Assembly: GCA_004022145.1 (NCBI GenBank)
Contig: RCNU01000010.1
Source: Paecilomyces variotii
Lineage: Eukaryota
Direction: 5' to 3' (one strand)
DNA: 64,000 nt
Part shown: in pieces, positions 41,066-53,063 of the stretch
Layout of the letters: every line of letters starts with the position of its first letter
Numbering within the stretch: the stretch's first letter is position 1
The notes under the pieces: generated by a model
Told to the model about the DNA's origin: nothing
The model's input: only the letters and a program-made list of their open reading frames with translations
Databases searched by the model: none
Position numbers and translations under genes: made by a program

Positions 41066-44000
41066 ATGGACGTGTATGACCCCCTAATGACCTGGATGGA
41101 CAAGTTGCACCGCTGACGGTTGCAATGGACCAGTTTCTCCACAAGTGTTCGTCGTTCCGCTTTCGATAAGCTCGCAGCGCTTGCTGTGAAGTCTCCAGAG
41201 TACGATGGAGAAGAGGACATCAATCGATTGTTGAAGCCATACCAGCGCCATGCGCCCCGAGCTGAGGTTATTGACGGCCCTCTTAAAGACCATGCCGCGA
41301 CGTCGCGGACGCCAATGGTACAGTTACCATCCTCCAGGAAAGCCTGAGCCGTTGCGATCGGGGCTAACGATGAATAGAGCATTCGAGAACTAGACATCCT
41401 TCTGGCTGTCTGTAAAGCCTCTCCTTCCGTTTCAAATGTCACCCACGCAGAACGACTGGTTTCGCAGCTATCCAAATACCTCCCCGAATCGCATGTCCAG
41501 CTCTTTCGCCCTTCGCCATTCCTGCACGGAATCAAGCCGTCTCCATGGGAGACCTTGACGCAGCAACTGACGACGGCCCTCCTGATTCTGGGTCTGAACT
41601 ACCCGACCCTGAGGAACACCGTGGAGAACAGTGTGTATAGTTATATTGATCAGTGTTCTCGAGCTGTGAATGCTTTGGTGCCACTATCGAAGCAGGCTGC
41701 CCCGGTCGATGACCGGGAATTCCTACGCGAGTATGCAGATATAATGTCAATTGCCGTCTCTTTGGTGGGATTTCTGGACGCATCAGCGACTTATTCTCAT
41801 TTCTGGTCAGCCGCCGGCAAGTTGGAACTGGTCCGATGCGTGCGAGACATATTTTCGGAGGGATTCATGGTCGCAGTTGAAGCTGCTTCATCTTCCTTGC
41901 GTAATTCAATCACGCCAGCCCGGGGATTGCGAGACTGGAGACGATATGCTCGCCGTTATGCGGCACACAATCGGCCCTTGGGTTCCATGCTCCTGCAGCA
42001 GAGTCTGATGCGGTTTATCAAAGATTGTGCAGCGTCGGTCATGATTAATGAGCATAGCCTTACCGATGATAAACTTCTAGACAAGTATCTCGGAGAAGCC
42101 AGCGTTACGGGCAAGCCAGATGGTGCTGAGCATGCTCTGTTTGAGTACCTGGCTGACGCCATTATGGAAGAGATTCGTCTTCTTGATGATGGGTCTGACT
42201 ATCTGAAGCTCAGTTCAGCCTGGCAACAACACCTGGCCTTCTCGGTCAAAGCTCATGCAATTGTTGGCTTCCTCAGTTGCGTAATCGGCGACGAGGGACT
42301 GGTAGACACAGACACACTCTTCCCTTGGCTAGAAGATGCCCTGGCAGATCCGAATCAGATGGGCAACCTCCAGTTGGCTACGGCGACCCTGATGAGCATA
42401 GCAATACTTGCAAAATACTTCCCGTCTACTGCATCCAACTCTAGCCGCTTGCTTGTCCGGTTTATCGTTCAGGGCGGCGCTACTGGCCCTACTGTTGACG
42501 TGGCTGCAAAGTGCCTTGCCCAGACTCTCAGTCTCATGTCTCAAGACGCTGTTATCACAACCCTATACTCTTTGGGTAACGTACTGAGTGCGGGACCGAA
42601 CAGTGACAAGGGATACCAGATTCCGTCGACATCTGGCGGAGAAACCGGGAACCAGGGGACTAACTTTTCTTTCCTCCAGCCGGCGGACGGCAGTCACATC
42701 TCTCTTTCCTTCCAAGGCGGAGAGGAAAGTACACTGGCACAGCGAAATGTCACACATGCTATTGTGAAGGTCGCTGCTAACTGCGGGGATGAGAAGATCT
42801 CTGCGTTGGCTCAATCAATGCTTTTGCAAAAGATTGGGAAGACCAGCATGGTGATTGATGCTTCAATAATCGAGGAGACTTCAGTATTGGCTCTCACCAG
42901 CGGCCAAACTGAATTCCAACTTCTCCTTAAATTCTATACCCGTCTCTACCGTGAAGGATACTCCAAGGGCCAGAACATTATCATGGACGCCGTTCAAAAT
43001 GCTAGGGCTTATCTATCTGTGAATCTCGATCCAACCTCTACGCTTTACCGCGCCTATCTGACCCACTTGCTCGAAAACATCATAAATAAAGGTGACAGTA
43101 CTGACCTGGAGCACGATCGACAGAAGGATGTCGTACTGTCAGTGGATGAAGTTAAACCTTTCATAAAACCACTCGCTTTACTGGTTGCTTTTGACGATGG
43201 CTCGAGAAACCTGCCTGATATCCAGGATCTAGACGAGGACATTCAGTCCATGTTCCGCGATGCGTGGTTCAATATTGCCGTTCATGGGATATCGATCAGT
43301 TCGAAAGTCGGACAGAGCTGCCTCTCTGAGCTTCGGGCCCTAGCCGAGCGCTCCCCTCCCTTGGTTTCCCAAGAGCGTGCGGGAGTGCTAGAGAGCGATG
43401 TAGAACTGAACCCTGTTCTTCGCAGGGGCATGTGTCCTTACCAGATTGCGGAGCAGAAAAGGCTGCTTACCAGTGAGCTCCCTGGTCGGGAGACAGAAAT
43501 CAAAAAATTGAGTTACCCGAAGGCGGTTTTCCTGAACGCTACCTTGTTGATTGAAACTTTGCGGGCGTCTTCTGGCGAGTGCACTAAGATCTTTAACTAT
43601 TTCCTCGATCCAGCTGTGAATACGTCCGAAATGGGCACTTGCATGAAGGCTGTCGCGGACAAGATCGTATCAATGTATCTCAACAAGAGCCTGTGGGGCC
43701 GACATGAGAACTTCTCAGCCCAATGTCTGTCAAAGCAATTGGCAGAGATATTCATTGCATGCTGTCATCGCATATCAAGAGTACAGGATGTCGCACATGC
43801 GTGCGCCGACAAGATAATCGCCGAGGCCCCAACTGCTTTATGCGAGACACATTCACTTTTCACGCTCCTTGAACTGCTGACAGTGATGTGGTCGTCCTGT
43901 CTCGAAGGGGAATTGGATGAGTTCGGCTGGACGTCAACTTTTGTGTCCCCCAGAGGTACTGTGCGTATTCAATTGTCGGATAACTATGAGTTCAGGAAGG

Positions 44001-45890
44001 CTACGTTGCATTCCTTCCACACCAAAGCTAGGCAATGGGTCTCTGCTGTTATGGACATTGCCCCGCTTGATGTCAAGGGTCTCCTTCAGGTATTATCCCC
44101 TGCCGCTTCCTCTTTGTCGATATAGCCTAATGTATATCCAGACATATCTCTCCGATTATGAGGACGATGGTGCTTACGGCCACATATCCTTGGGCAGATC
44201 ATTTGCTCTGGAGATGGGCTCGCTCATCGCGCGCAGCGATCAACGACTTGGTAAGTCCTCCCATGGCCATAAACCGTTCCTGATTAACACGCCCCCTTTA
44301 GGCTCTATCGACAGTCATGGGGAACCCCTGGTCAATGTGGCTTCTGATTTCGTCGCCCAGTATACTACCCGCCAGGAGTATCGATACATGGAAGCTTCCC
44401 CTAATGGGCGAGGTATGGTAGGATACGGGGATCACGGTTAGTTTCATGATCGCTCTATGGTTCTTCGTGTTATGCTGATTGTTATGTGTAGTACCAAACG
44501 GCGACGGCGTTGCATTTGACTTGTCAGAAACAGTTAATGATGTTGAAGCCACATTATCTCAACTGTACGAGCGTACGTCTGTTGACCACGAAGTTTCCAT
44601 CGACGAGCTTCGAGAGGCACTGCGAAGGGCAGCAGCACTTCTGTGCAATAGTAACGATAGCCAACCATCTATCATTCATTTCTTGGTTGGAATACCATTC
44701 CAGATCTTCAGCAAGGAATCCATAAAGCTAGGTGTCTCTCTGTGGCTCGGCGTCATCCACGAAAATCCGAGAACAGAGCCCAGGATATTGGCAGAAGTGG
44801 CCGAGGCGTGGGAGCGAACTATTCGTCGCAAACAAGGAATGTTTGATCCTTCATTCGAGTAAGTGCATAGTAAGACTGGTCCCTAGTCCTCAACGGCGAC
44901 TGACGAGAGACAGCTACGTCGATCCCTTTTTCACCCCGATCGAACTCTTGCCCACCGATAAGGCCCTCCTTCTCAAGAAGCAGAGGAAGGCCCGGAACAT
45001 CCTCTCCCCACACTTCCGTATCCTCCAATTCTTCGATAGCCACTTTAACGCAACGCGACTTGGAAGCCCCAATATCCTGATGATCTTCTATCGTTTGATA
45101 AGCACCACCCTTGTAGGTTTGAAGGACACTCGTGGACACCCTCTGGCAAGAGAAGTTCACTTCCAGATCGTCCTTCTCGGGCTGAAGGTATTGAGGTTCT
45201 GCAAAGTAGAAAACCAATACGCTCTGTGGAAATTGAAGGACCAGATTTTGTCTGCGGCGTTAAGCTGGTTCAAGCACTTCCCAAAGTATGTTTATTGCTG
45301 TTCGTGACGACTACGTCTGAAAGGTGCTGACCGGTCTCCTCTAGGTGGTCTTTTGGGGGAAATCGTTTGCAAATGAAGGCCGAAGACAAGCTCATGGGTG
45401 ATGTTGCGTCTCTTCTCGACAATGTCGCTAGTATAGGCTCTGTATCGGGGTCATTTAAATCTACGAAGGCCAAGCAAGATCTCGTTCAGATCCTTATTGA
45501 GAACGAAAGATCCCGTCTGAGAGTTTGGCTCTTTCCCCTGTTGCAGGAACGCAAACATTATCTGCCGGGCTATGGCGGTAAAAGCGGTTCGGAGGTAAGT
45601 TGCATCTGTCGAGCTCTCTGGTTAGACTATCTAATCCTATAAGCAGGATGTTACCTCTTTCTTGCGGCTGGCGTGGGCAGAGAGTCCGAGCTTAGCTGTC
45701 CAGTTGGTTTCTCGGTTCCCATCTGCAAAACTGAGAAGCGATGTTCGTTGGCTGCTCCTGAACTTCCCAGAGAAGGCTCTGGAGGAGCCTGCTAGTCTCG
45801 AGATCATGTTCGGTTCGGCCTTGCCTTCAGATGTGTCGTTCCAGCTGAAGGTATGATTCTTCCCCCCCCCCCCCCCCCCCTTCATTTCTT

Positions 45891-45938
<48 letters not shown>

Positions 45939-47609
45939 CGTGTTTCACTAACAACTCGCAGTACTTGCTGTATTGGGCACCAGTGAATCCCACCGAGGCC
46001 TTGACATACTTTCTGCCCGCCTACGGAAACCATCCGTTTATTCTCCAGTATGCCATGAGAGCCTTGGAAAGCCATTCGATGGATGTGAGATTCTTTTTCG
46101 TTCCCCAGCTGGTGCAGGCGCTACGATATGATGCCTTGGGATACGTTGAACGGTATATCTTCGAGACCGCGAAGCTATCCCAGTTGTTCGCCCATCAGGT
46201 GATATGGAACATGAAAGCGAACATGTACAAGGATGAAGATTCCCAGATCGTAAGTATTCTCTCTCAGCGTCTGCAGATATTGCCGCGCAGAGACATTTTG
46301 AGTACGTTGCCTTGGACTCCTACTAACGGATCTATAGCCGGATTCTGTCAAGCCAACGCTGGATAGGTTTATGGACATGCTGGTATCCAGTTTCACAAGC
46401 GAAGAGCGAGACTTCTACGAAAGAGAATTCTCCTTTTTCAACGAAATTACGGGTATCTCTGGGAAGCTGCGACCCTACATTAAGAGAAGCAAGCCAGAGA
46501 AAAAGCAGAAGATCGAGGAAGAGCTACGGAAGGTCAAGGTGGAGGTTGGAGTCTACCTGCCCAGTAACCCGGATGGTGTTGTCGTGGGCATCGATCGCAA
46601 GTCTGGCAAGCCTCTTCAGAGTCACGCGAAGGCACCGTATATGGCAACCTTCAGGATCAGGAAGACCAAACCCAAGGTGGATGGTGATGGAGCCGGCGAT
46701 CCGGAAGTCGGCCTCCCTGATGTACAAGACGACTCTGCTTCGGTCGTTTCAACACCGACTGAGCAAGGGTCCGAAACCTACGATGTCTGGCAATCGGCCA
46801 TCTTCAAGGTGGGAGATGACTGCCGCCAAGATGTGCTCGCTCTACAGATGATCGCCGCCTTCCGGAGCATCTTCAACAATGTCGGGCTCGACGTGTGGGT
46901 GTTTCCCTACCGAGTCACTGCGACGGCTCCTGGCTGTGGTGTTATCGACGTGTTGCCCAACTCGATCTCCCGAGACATGCTGGGACGGGAGGCCGTCAAC
47001 GGGCTGTACGACTATTTCGTCTCGAAATATGGCGGCGAAGACTCGACTCGGTTCCAGGAAGCGCGCACCAACTTTGTCAAGAGTATGGCGTCCTACTCGG
47101 TGATTTCCTACCTGCTCCAGTTCAAGGACCGACACAACGGCAACATCATGATCGATGATGCGGGACATATCATCCACATCGATTTCGGGTTCTGTTTTGA
47201 TATTGCGCCTGGCGGGGTTCGGTTCGAGCGGGCGCCCTTCAAGCTCACTCCGGAGATGGTGGCCGTCATGGGTGGCGGACAGCATCACCAGCACGGGGCC
47301 GGCGTCAACGGCCAGAATCCGACGAGTACGCAGCCGTACCAGTGGTTTGAATCGCTCGTGATCAAGGCATTCCTGGCGTCGCGTCCGTACAGCAACAAGC
47401 TGGCGCATATTGTGTCGCTGATGCTGGACAGCGGGTTGCCGTGTTTCAAGCCGGAGACGCTGAAGAACTTCCGGGACCGGTTCGTGCTGGAGAAGAGCGA
47501 GCGCGAGGCCGCCGACCACATGCGCGAGCTTATCAGGAAGAGTTATGCAAGCATCTCGACCAAGGGCTACGATCAGTTCCAGCTGATGACCAACGGCATT
47601 CCCTACTGA
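41066..47609 (+). CDS. STT4: Phosphatidylinositol 4-kinase III alpha, multi-exon
   Basis: FRDAWFN, PIK helical domain YAMRALESH..FFVPQLVQALRYD, LFAHQVIWNMKAN; catalytic motifs PLQSHAKAPY, IFKVGDDCRQDVLALQ, KDRHNGN, HIDFGF, YDQFQLMTNGIPY. The start (ATG GAC GT|gtatga) is inferred. Confidence 0.96.
45862..45938 (+). repeat. Intronic homopolymer pair, C19 (45862-45880) and T47 (45892-45938), inside STT4 intron 45851-45961
   Basis: Read directly from the sequence. Confidence 0.9.
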
Positions 47610-49253
47610 CGAGAGAGGCTTGCTCGAGTTTAGTCCCGAAGTGAGCGTCCATCCATATTATTATCATGATATAGGCTAAATTTACGAGGACTAGAGATTA
47701 TTGTCTTGAATAGTAGGGTCTATTATTTGCTCGCATCCATAAGATAAGGTCCACTGTCCCCCACGGGGTCCCGCACGAGATGATTGCATTTAGCCGTAGT
47801 TCTGCTCTAATTCTGCACAATGACGAGAAGTTTGAGAAGACTGCAAGTGCCTTTGATAACCACCGAGATCGACGGTTCAGATTGCCCGAGTGTGGTTACG
47901 CCGTTGCGGTCGTGTTGCATTAGTTAGTTAGTAATTCTCTCGGAATCTCCCCAGGCGCAGGGACCAGGAAGGTGGTCAAGAAGATCGAGAGAGAGGGAGA
48001 GAGAGAGAGAATGGAGTAGTCTACTCCGTGGCCATATGATTATTATATTATGGTTCTGATTATGATGAATATTTAATATTATAATTAAGGATAGCTGTGG
48101 AAGAGCCGGTTGATGGACTCCACGACTGACCCGTGATCGGCAGGTGGAAAATTGACTAATTCGGCCATCTCCAGAAACTCCAGAACAATCGAGCGTTTTT
48201 TTTTTTTTTTTTTCTCTTTTTTTTTTTCTCTTCTCCGCATCTCCGGCTTTTCTCCGCGTCCTGTCAGCCGGGTACGGAGAGGGACGGATCAATAACTAAT
48301 CAGTCTTTCATCGACTCTGCTCCTTGCGCTCATCTATTAATAATTGTTAACTATGTTCTGTTCTGTTCTGTTCTGTGCACGGTATTATTATTGACTACGA
48401 TGATAGCTTTGTGTGATACGGCCCGATTCCCTGTTTGCGTCAACGGGATCTCTGCGTCAGAGGCGTTCTTCTCGGCATTCCCCTCTCTCTCTCTCATTCT
48501 TTCTCTCTGTCTGAGATCCGATCTGCATCCGGAGACCACCGGAAAGAGAGAGGATGCTCCCCGCTCTTTGGTGCCGGCCGATGACTGCTAGTGACTACCG
48601 GGATGACGGATAATACATAATAATAATCATAAAAATACTCCGGAGATGGTGTCTCAGGACTCATGGGGACCCAGCTCCCACCCCGAACCCTTGCGGAGGC
48701 CCGGCTTTCTTGATTATTGATCATCATCGAATGTTTCTCGTCTCAGCATGCCCGGTTCAGCGTTCGGCACGGGCTCGGCCTCGTTACGCCAAACGGCTAG
48801 AGCCATCTGGATTCTTGGAGTCGATGACAGATCCCGGGGCCGACTTGAATAATAATCATGAATGGATGCCCGACTTTGCACCGCAATCCGGAGCCCCACG
48901 GCACGGATTCGGGGCCAGAACCGATCGAGAAGGAGACAGAGATGGCCGGATCAATAACGCTTACGTCTCGCTGTGCCGGTCCTTTGACTCGTTACCCAGT
49001 CTTCGGCGTGGCGAACTCGCGTGGTTGGTTGACGATGCCATTCGTTACTCCCAGAAATTGTCCCCTTGTCGTCATGTCTCGGTGCCACTATGCCCTCGTG
49101 GCTCCTCGAATTTTCCGTCCGGGGCTGGGTCCTGGGGAAACATATAGTAGGCCCTGATGGACCCCGTCTGCTGCTGCTGCTGCTGGTCTTCTCCGATCCT
49201 GCACTCCATCTCATCTCGAGCCATCCGAGGGAGAAACACAACAGACAATCACC

Positions 49254-51070
49254 ATGAGGCTCCCATTCCGTCGAAACGGGGACGACTCTATCGCTCAGGT
49301 GTCGGAGTCGTCGCCCTCCATGACTGACCAGGAGAAGACCGCCGGTCCCCTGGAGGATAGCCCGGTGCCGTTTCTGACTCTGAGGTCCTTCTTTCTGGGA
49401 GCCTTTGTCTCCGTGGGAGGTATCATTTTCGGATATGACACTGGACAGATCTCTGGTTTCTTGGAAATGAAGAACTATCTGCAGCGCTTTGGACAGGCCA
49501 AAGGCGATGGAACATACTACTTTAGCAACGTCCGGTCAGGTCTGATCGTTTCCTTGGTGAGTCAACTTCTATTCCTATCACGATCTGATAATGTTATGTT
49601 CGTTACTGACGCTTTTATCTCAGTTGTCCATTGGAACCTTGGTCGGTGCCCTGCTTGGCGCTCCCCTTGCGGATCGCATCGGTCGTAAATGGTCGATCAG
49701 CTTCTGGTGTCTTATGGTAGACGTAGGCTTGATTATCCAGATCTCTGCCCCGGAGCACAAGTGGTATCAGATGATGATGGGACGTTTCGTTACCGGTCTC
49801 GGTGTAGGCGCCTGCTCGTTGGTGGTGCCCATGTACCAAAGTGAAAGTGCACCGCGTCAAGTTCGTGGTTCTATGATTGCGTAAGTACTTTACTTATCCT
49901 GCACACACTAGGAGCGAGGTTGAGGTTCTAACGGAAGAAAAATATAGTTCATACCAGTTGTTTATCACATTGGGTATCTTTATCGCCAACTGCATCAACT
50001 ACGGAACGGAAGCCATAGAGAACACGGCCTCATGGCGGATCCCGCTAGGCATTACTTTCCTCTGGGCTCTCTTTTTGGGATTCGGTATCCTTCTGTTCCC
50101 AGAAAGTCCCCGTTACGACTTCCGACATGGGCGGGTCGACAGGGCCAAACGCACCATGTCCAAGCTCTACGGCGTGTCTTCCAACCACCAGGTCATCGTC
50201 AACGAACTGGCCGAAGTCCGTGAGCAGTTTGATGCCGAAATGGCCTCGAAGAATGAGCCTTGGTACGAGATCTTCCGGGCTCCGCGCATGCTATACCGTA
50301 TTCTTCTGGGCGTCGTGCTGCAGGCATTCCAGCAATTGACTGGAGCAAACTACTACTTCTACTACGGCACCACCATGTTCAGGGGCGCTGGCATCAGCAA
50401 CACTTATGTCACGCAGATGATCCTGGGTGGTGTCAACTTTGGCAGCACGTTTGGAGGTCTGTACGTGATTGAGCGATTCGGCCGACGCAAGTCTCTGATC
50501 ACGGGCGGTATCTGGATGTTCGTGTGCTTCATGGTCTATGCCTCGGTGGGACACTTTGCACTCGACGTCAACGAACCCAGCAACACGCCCGGCCCGGGTA
50601 AAACCATGGTTGTTTTCGCCTGTCTCTTCATCTTCGCGTACGCCATGACCTGGGGTCCGATGGTGTGGGCCATCGTCGCCGAACTCTACCCATCCCGTTA
50701 CCGCGCCAAATCAATGGCCATGGCCACCGCTTCCAACTGGCTCTGGAACTTCCTCATCAGTTTCTTCACCCCGTTCATTGCTGGCGACATTGACTTTGCC
50801 TACGGCTACGTCTTCGCTGGCTGTCTCTTCTTCGCTGTTCTGATCGTCTACTTCTGCGTGCTCGAGGGCAAGGGCAAGACCCTCGAGGAGATCGACATGA
50901 TGTACGTGATGCGCGTTGCTCCCTGGAAGAGCAGCAAGTGGGTTCCCCCACCGCTAGAAGAGCGCATCACCACCGGAGTCGTCCAAGACGCTCGCGTTGG
51001 CGACGAACCGGGCCGGAAACGGACTATCGCCGAAGGTACTGAGAACACTCACACTGAGACCATCTCATAG
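49254..51070 (+). CDS. MFS sugar porter (hexose transporter); 3 exons
   Basis: GGIIFGYDTGQISG, DRIGRK, PMYQSESAP..RG, YQLFITLGI, PESPRY, QQLTGANYYFYYG, ERFGRR, WGPMVW...ELYP, EGKGKTLEEID. Confidence 0.95.
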
Positions 51071-52313
51071 TACCTAGGTCTAGGTCTGGGGACTACAACG
51101 AACCAAAAGAAAAAAAAAGACAGGAAAAAAAAAAAAAGAAGAATCACTTTTATTAGATTTGGGGGGTTATGGCGCTATATATCTAAGATATACATATAGC
51201 CGGTTGCATGGCATATTCTTTAGCATTGGGTTTCTTCTCATGCATTGTGATGATATCTGAACCAAAACTTTATATCAAAACTTTATCTCTCCTCTTCTAT
51301 ACATTGTATAGACTTTGATACAAGATTTGAGATAGAAAATTCGCATATATACTATACTGATACATACAACATTTTATACTTATTCTTGTCCCTTACTTAT
51401 TTATCCTGGAGTAAAAAGTTGGTATATGTATTTGTATGTCGCCGTTAAAAGTTCAAGTAGTATTACTTATTGTGGGAGCGATCTAGTTACTGGAACATGG
51501 ATTTCCGCGTAAAAGTAATGTATTGTTTCTCTTGGTGTTGTTGCAATTTGCCCCAATCTTGGGGCACAATCGTACGTGATCATGGAAATCTAGCGGTCAT
51601 ATTTCTAGCCTTTCCATATGCCATTCTGTATTTGCCATTCTTTAGTGAAGATAAATGTGTCTTGAGACCGAAATCACATGCGACTCTTGTAGAGACAGTA
51701 GACTTCAAAGGCCCTAAAGACCATACCAGACAAAATCTCAGTCTCGCAATCTCAATTGACAATCCTTATAAGGCCAAGCAGAGAAAGTGTAATGAGGTTC
51801 TCGCGGCCACCATACCATTTCTCCATCAAATCCCACATAAGAATAAATGGTGAAGTGATACAAATCCGGAAGAAAAGTTATAAAGCCCCAGAGACAAAGA
51901 AAAATAATACCTCGCGCAGAAATACATCGAGAAAGAGAGAGACTTCGCTCGACGGGCAAAAGGAGACCCGCGGGACCTGAGTTGTAGCCAGCCGCCGGGT
52001 CACAATGTCGGATTTGCGTTCTCTATGGACAGAGATGAGACTGTCCGAGAGGTGGCACTATGCACCGACGGGAGTGGAGATATCCTTCATTCGACCACAC
52101 TCTGTCGGTGTCGAAAAGATCCTCATCACACCATATTTTCAGAGATGAGAGGAACCAGGAATCACACAATGTTTTGATCAACTCAAAGAGACAAGAAACC
52201 ATGAGTGCAGCGTAGGACATGAAAGTTTGCAGCCGATTCATCTGTCCAGTGAGTATACTCGAGATTCACATATCCGATAAGAAATCATTGTTGCCATATA
52301 TACTTGGCTACAA

Positions 52314-53063
52314 TCAATCCATGAAATCGGCTCTCAGGATCTTCTCCTGGAAGAAATCAGGCGTCTTTCGACGCGGTTGCTTAGGCGTCTCGCGGGCTGG
52401 GAAGTCCATGGAGGCGATGGAAGCCGACCGGTGATGGCCTCCAGCGGGGGACCGGTCAAGATTCATCGGCGGGGACGAGGCACCCAGAGAAGGGGCGCGC
52501 TCAGCTCTGGTCCGAAGAGACTCAGACCAGTTGAAGGCTTCGCCTACAGGTCGAAAAGATAAGTTAGATCTCTTGCTCGAACGCAAACTCTGGTCTGTAC
52601 TTGCAGCGGTTGGTGCAGGAGCCATGCTACCGGACGACGTAGTCTGTCGTCTCGTGCTGACGGAGGTAAGAGAAGAAGAGGATCTACCGTTTCCAGTCTT
52701 GTCCCGCAGAGCCTGCGCGCCAAACGAGAACCGTCGTGCAAATGGCGATGTTGCCGAGGCTGGAGGGCTATTTTCGTTCTCCATCACTGCTACCTCATCG
52801 AGATAGGAGCTAGAGCCTACCGAGCTCGAAAGGCTGCCCTGCCTCGCGGTTCGACCAGCCAACTGGGACGCCTGGGTGGGTGAGCCTGACAGACCGAGAG
52901 TGGTGATGGACATGCGTCGTCGCTGGCCCGGCTGCGCGTTGGCTGCCACCGAATTGCCAGGTCTCGCGAACAGCTCCGAGAGAGAGGCGCCGGGCGAGAA
53001 GGAACCTCGACGCTGCTGAATGGACGGGGGGTAGGCAGGATCCTGAGAACGGTCTGCAGACAT
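52314..53063 (-). CDS. Conserved-looking Ser/Arg-rich disordered fungal hypothetical protein, with an optional in-frame intron at 52544-52687
   Basis: 249-aa ORF with repeated RRxS motifs (RRGS, RRMS, RRFS), FNWSESLRTRAER and C-terminal PDFFQEKILRADFMD. Confidence 0.75.
   Translation of the reverse strand: MSADRSQDPAYPPSIQQRRGSFSPGASLSELFARPGNSVAANAQPGQRRRMSITTLGLSGSPTQASQLAGRTARQGSLSSSVGSSSYLDEVAVMENENSPPASATSPFARRFSFGAQALRDKTGNGRSSSSLTSVSTRRQTTSSGSMAPAPTAASTDQSLRSSKRSNLSFRPVGEAFNWSESLRTRAERAPSLGASSPPMNLDRSPAGGHHRSASIASMDFPARETPKQPRRKTPDFFQEKILRADFMD

Noticed and set aside
45637..46075. Poly-Lys/poly-Gly ORFs
   Set aside because: Antisense translation of the intronic T and C homopolymers.
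46842..47519. 225-aa antisense ORF over STT4 (likewise 35859-36626 over cyp51)
   Set aside because: Expected from strong GC3 codon bias; no domain features.
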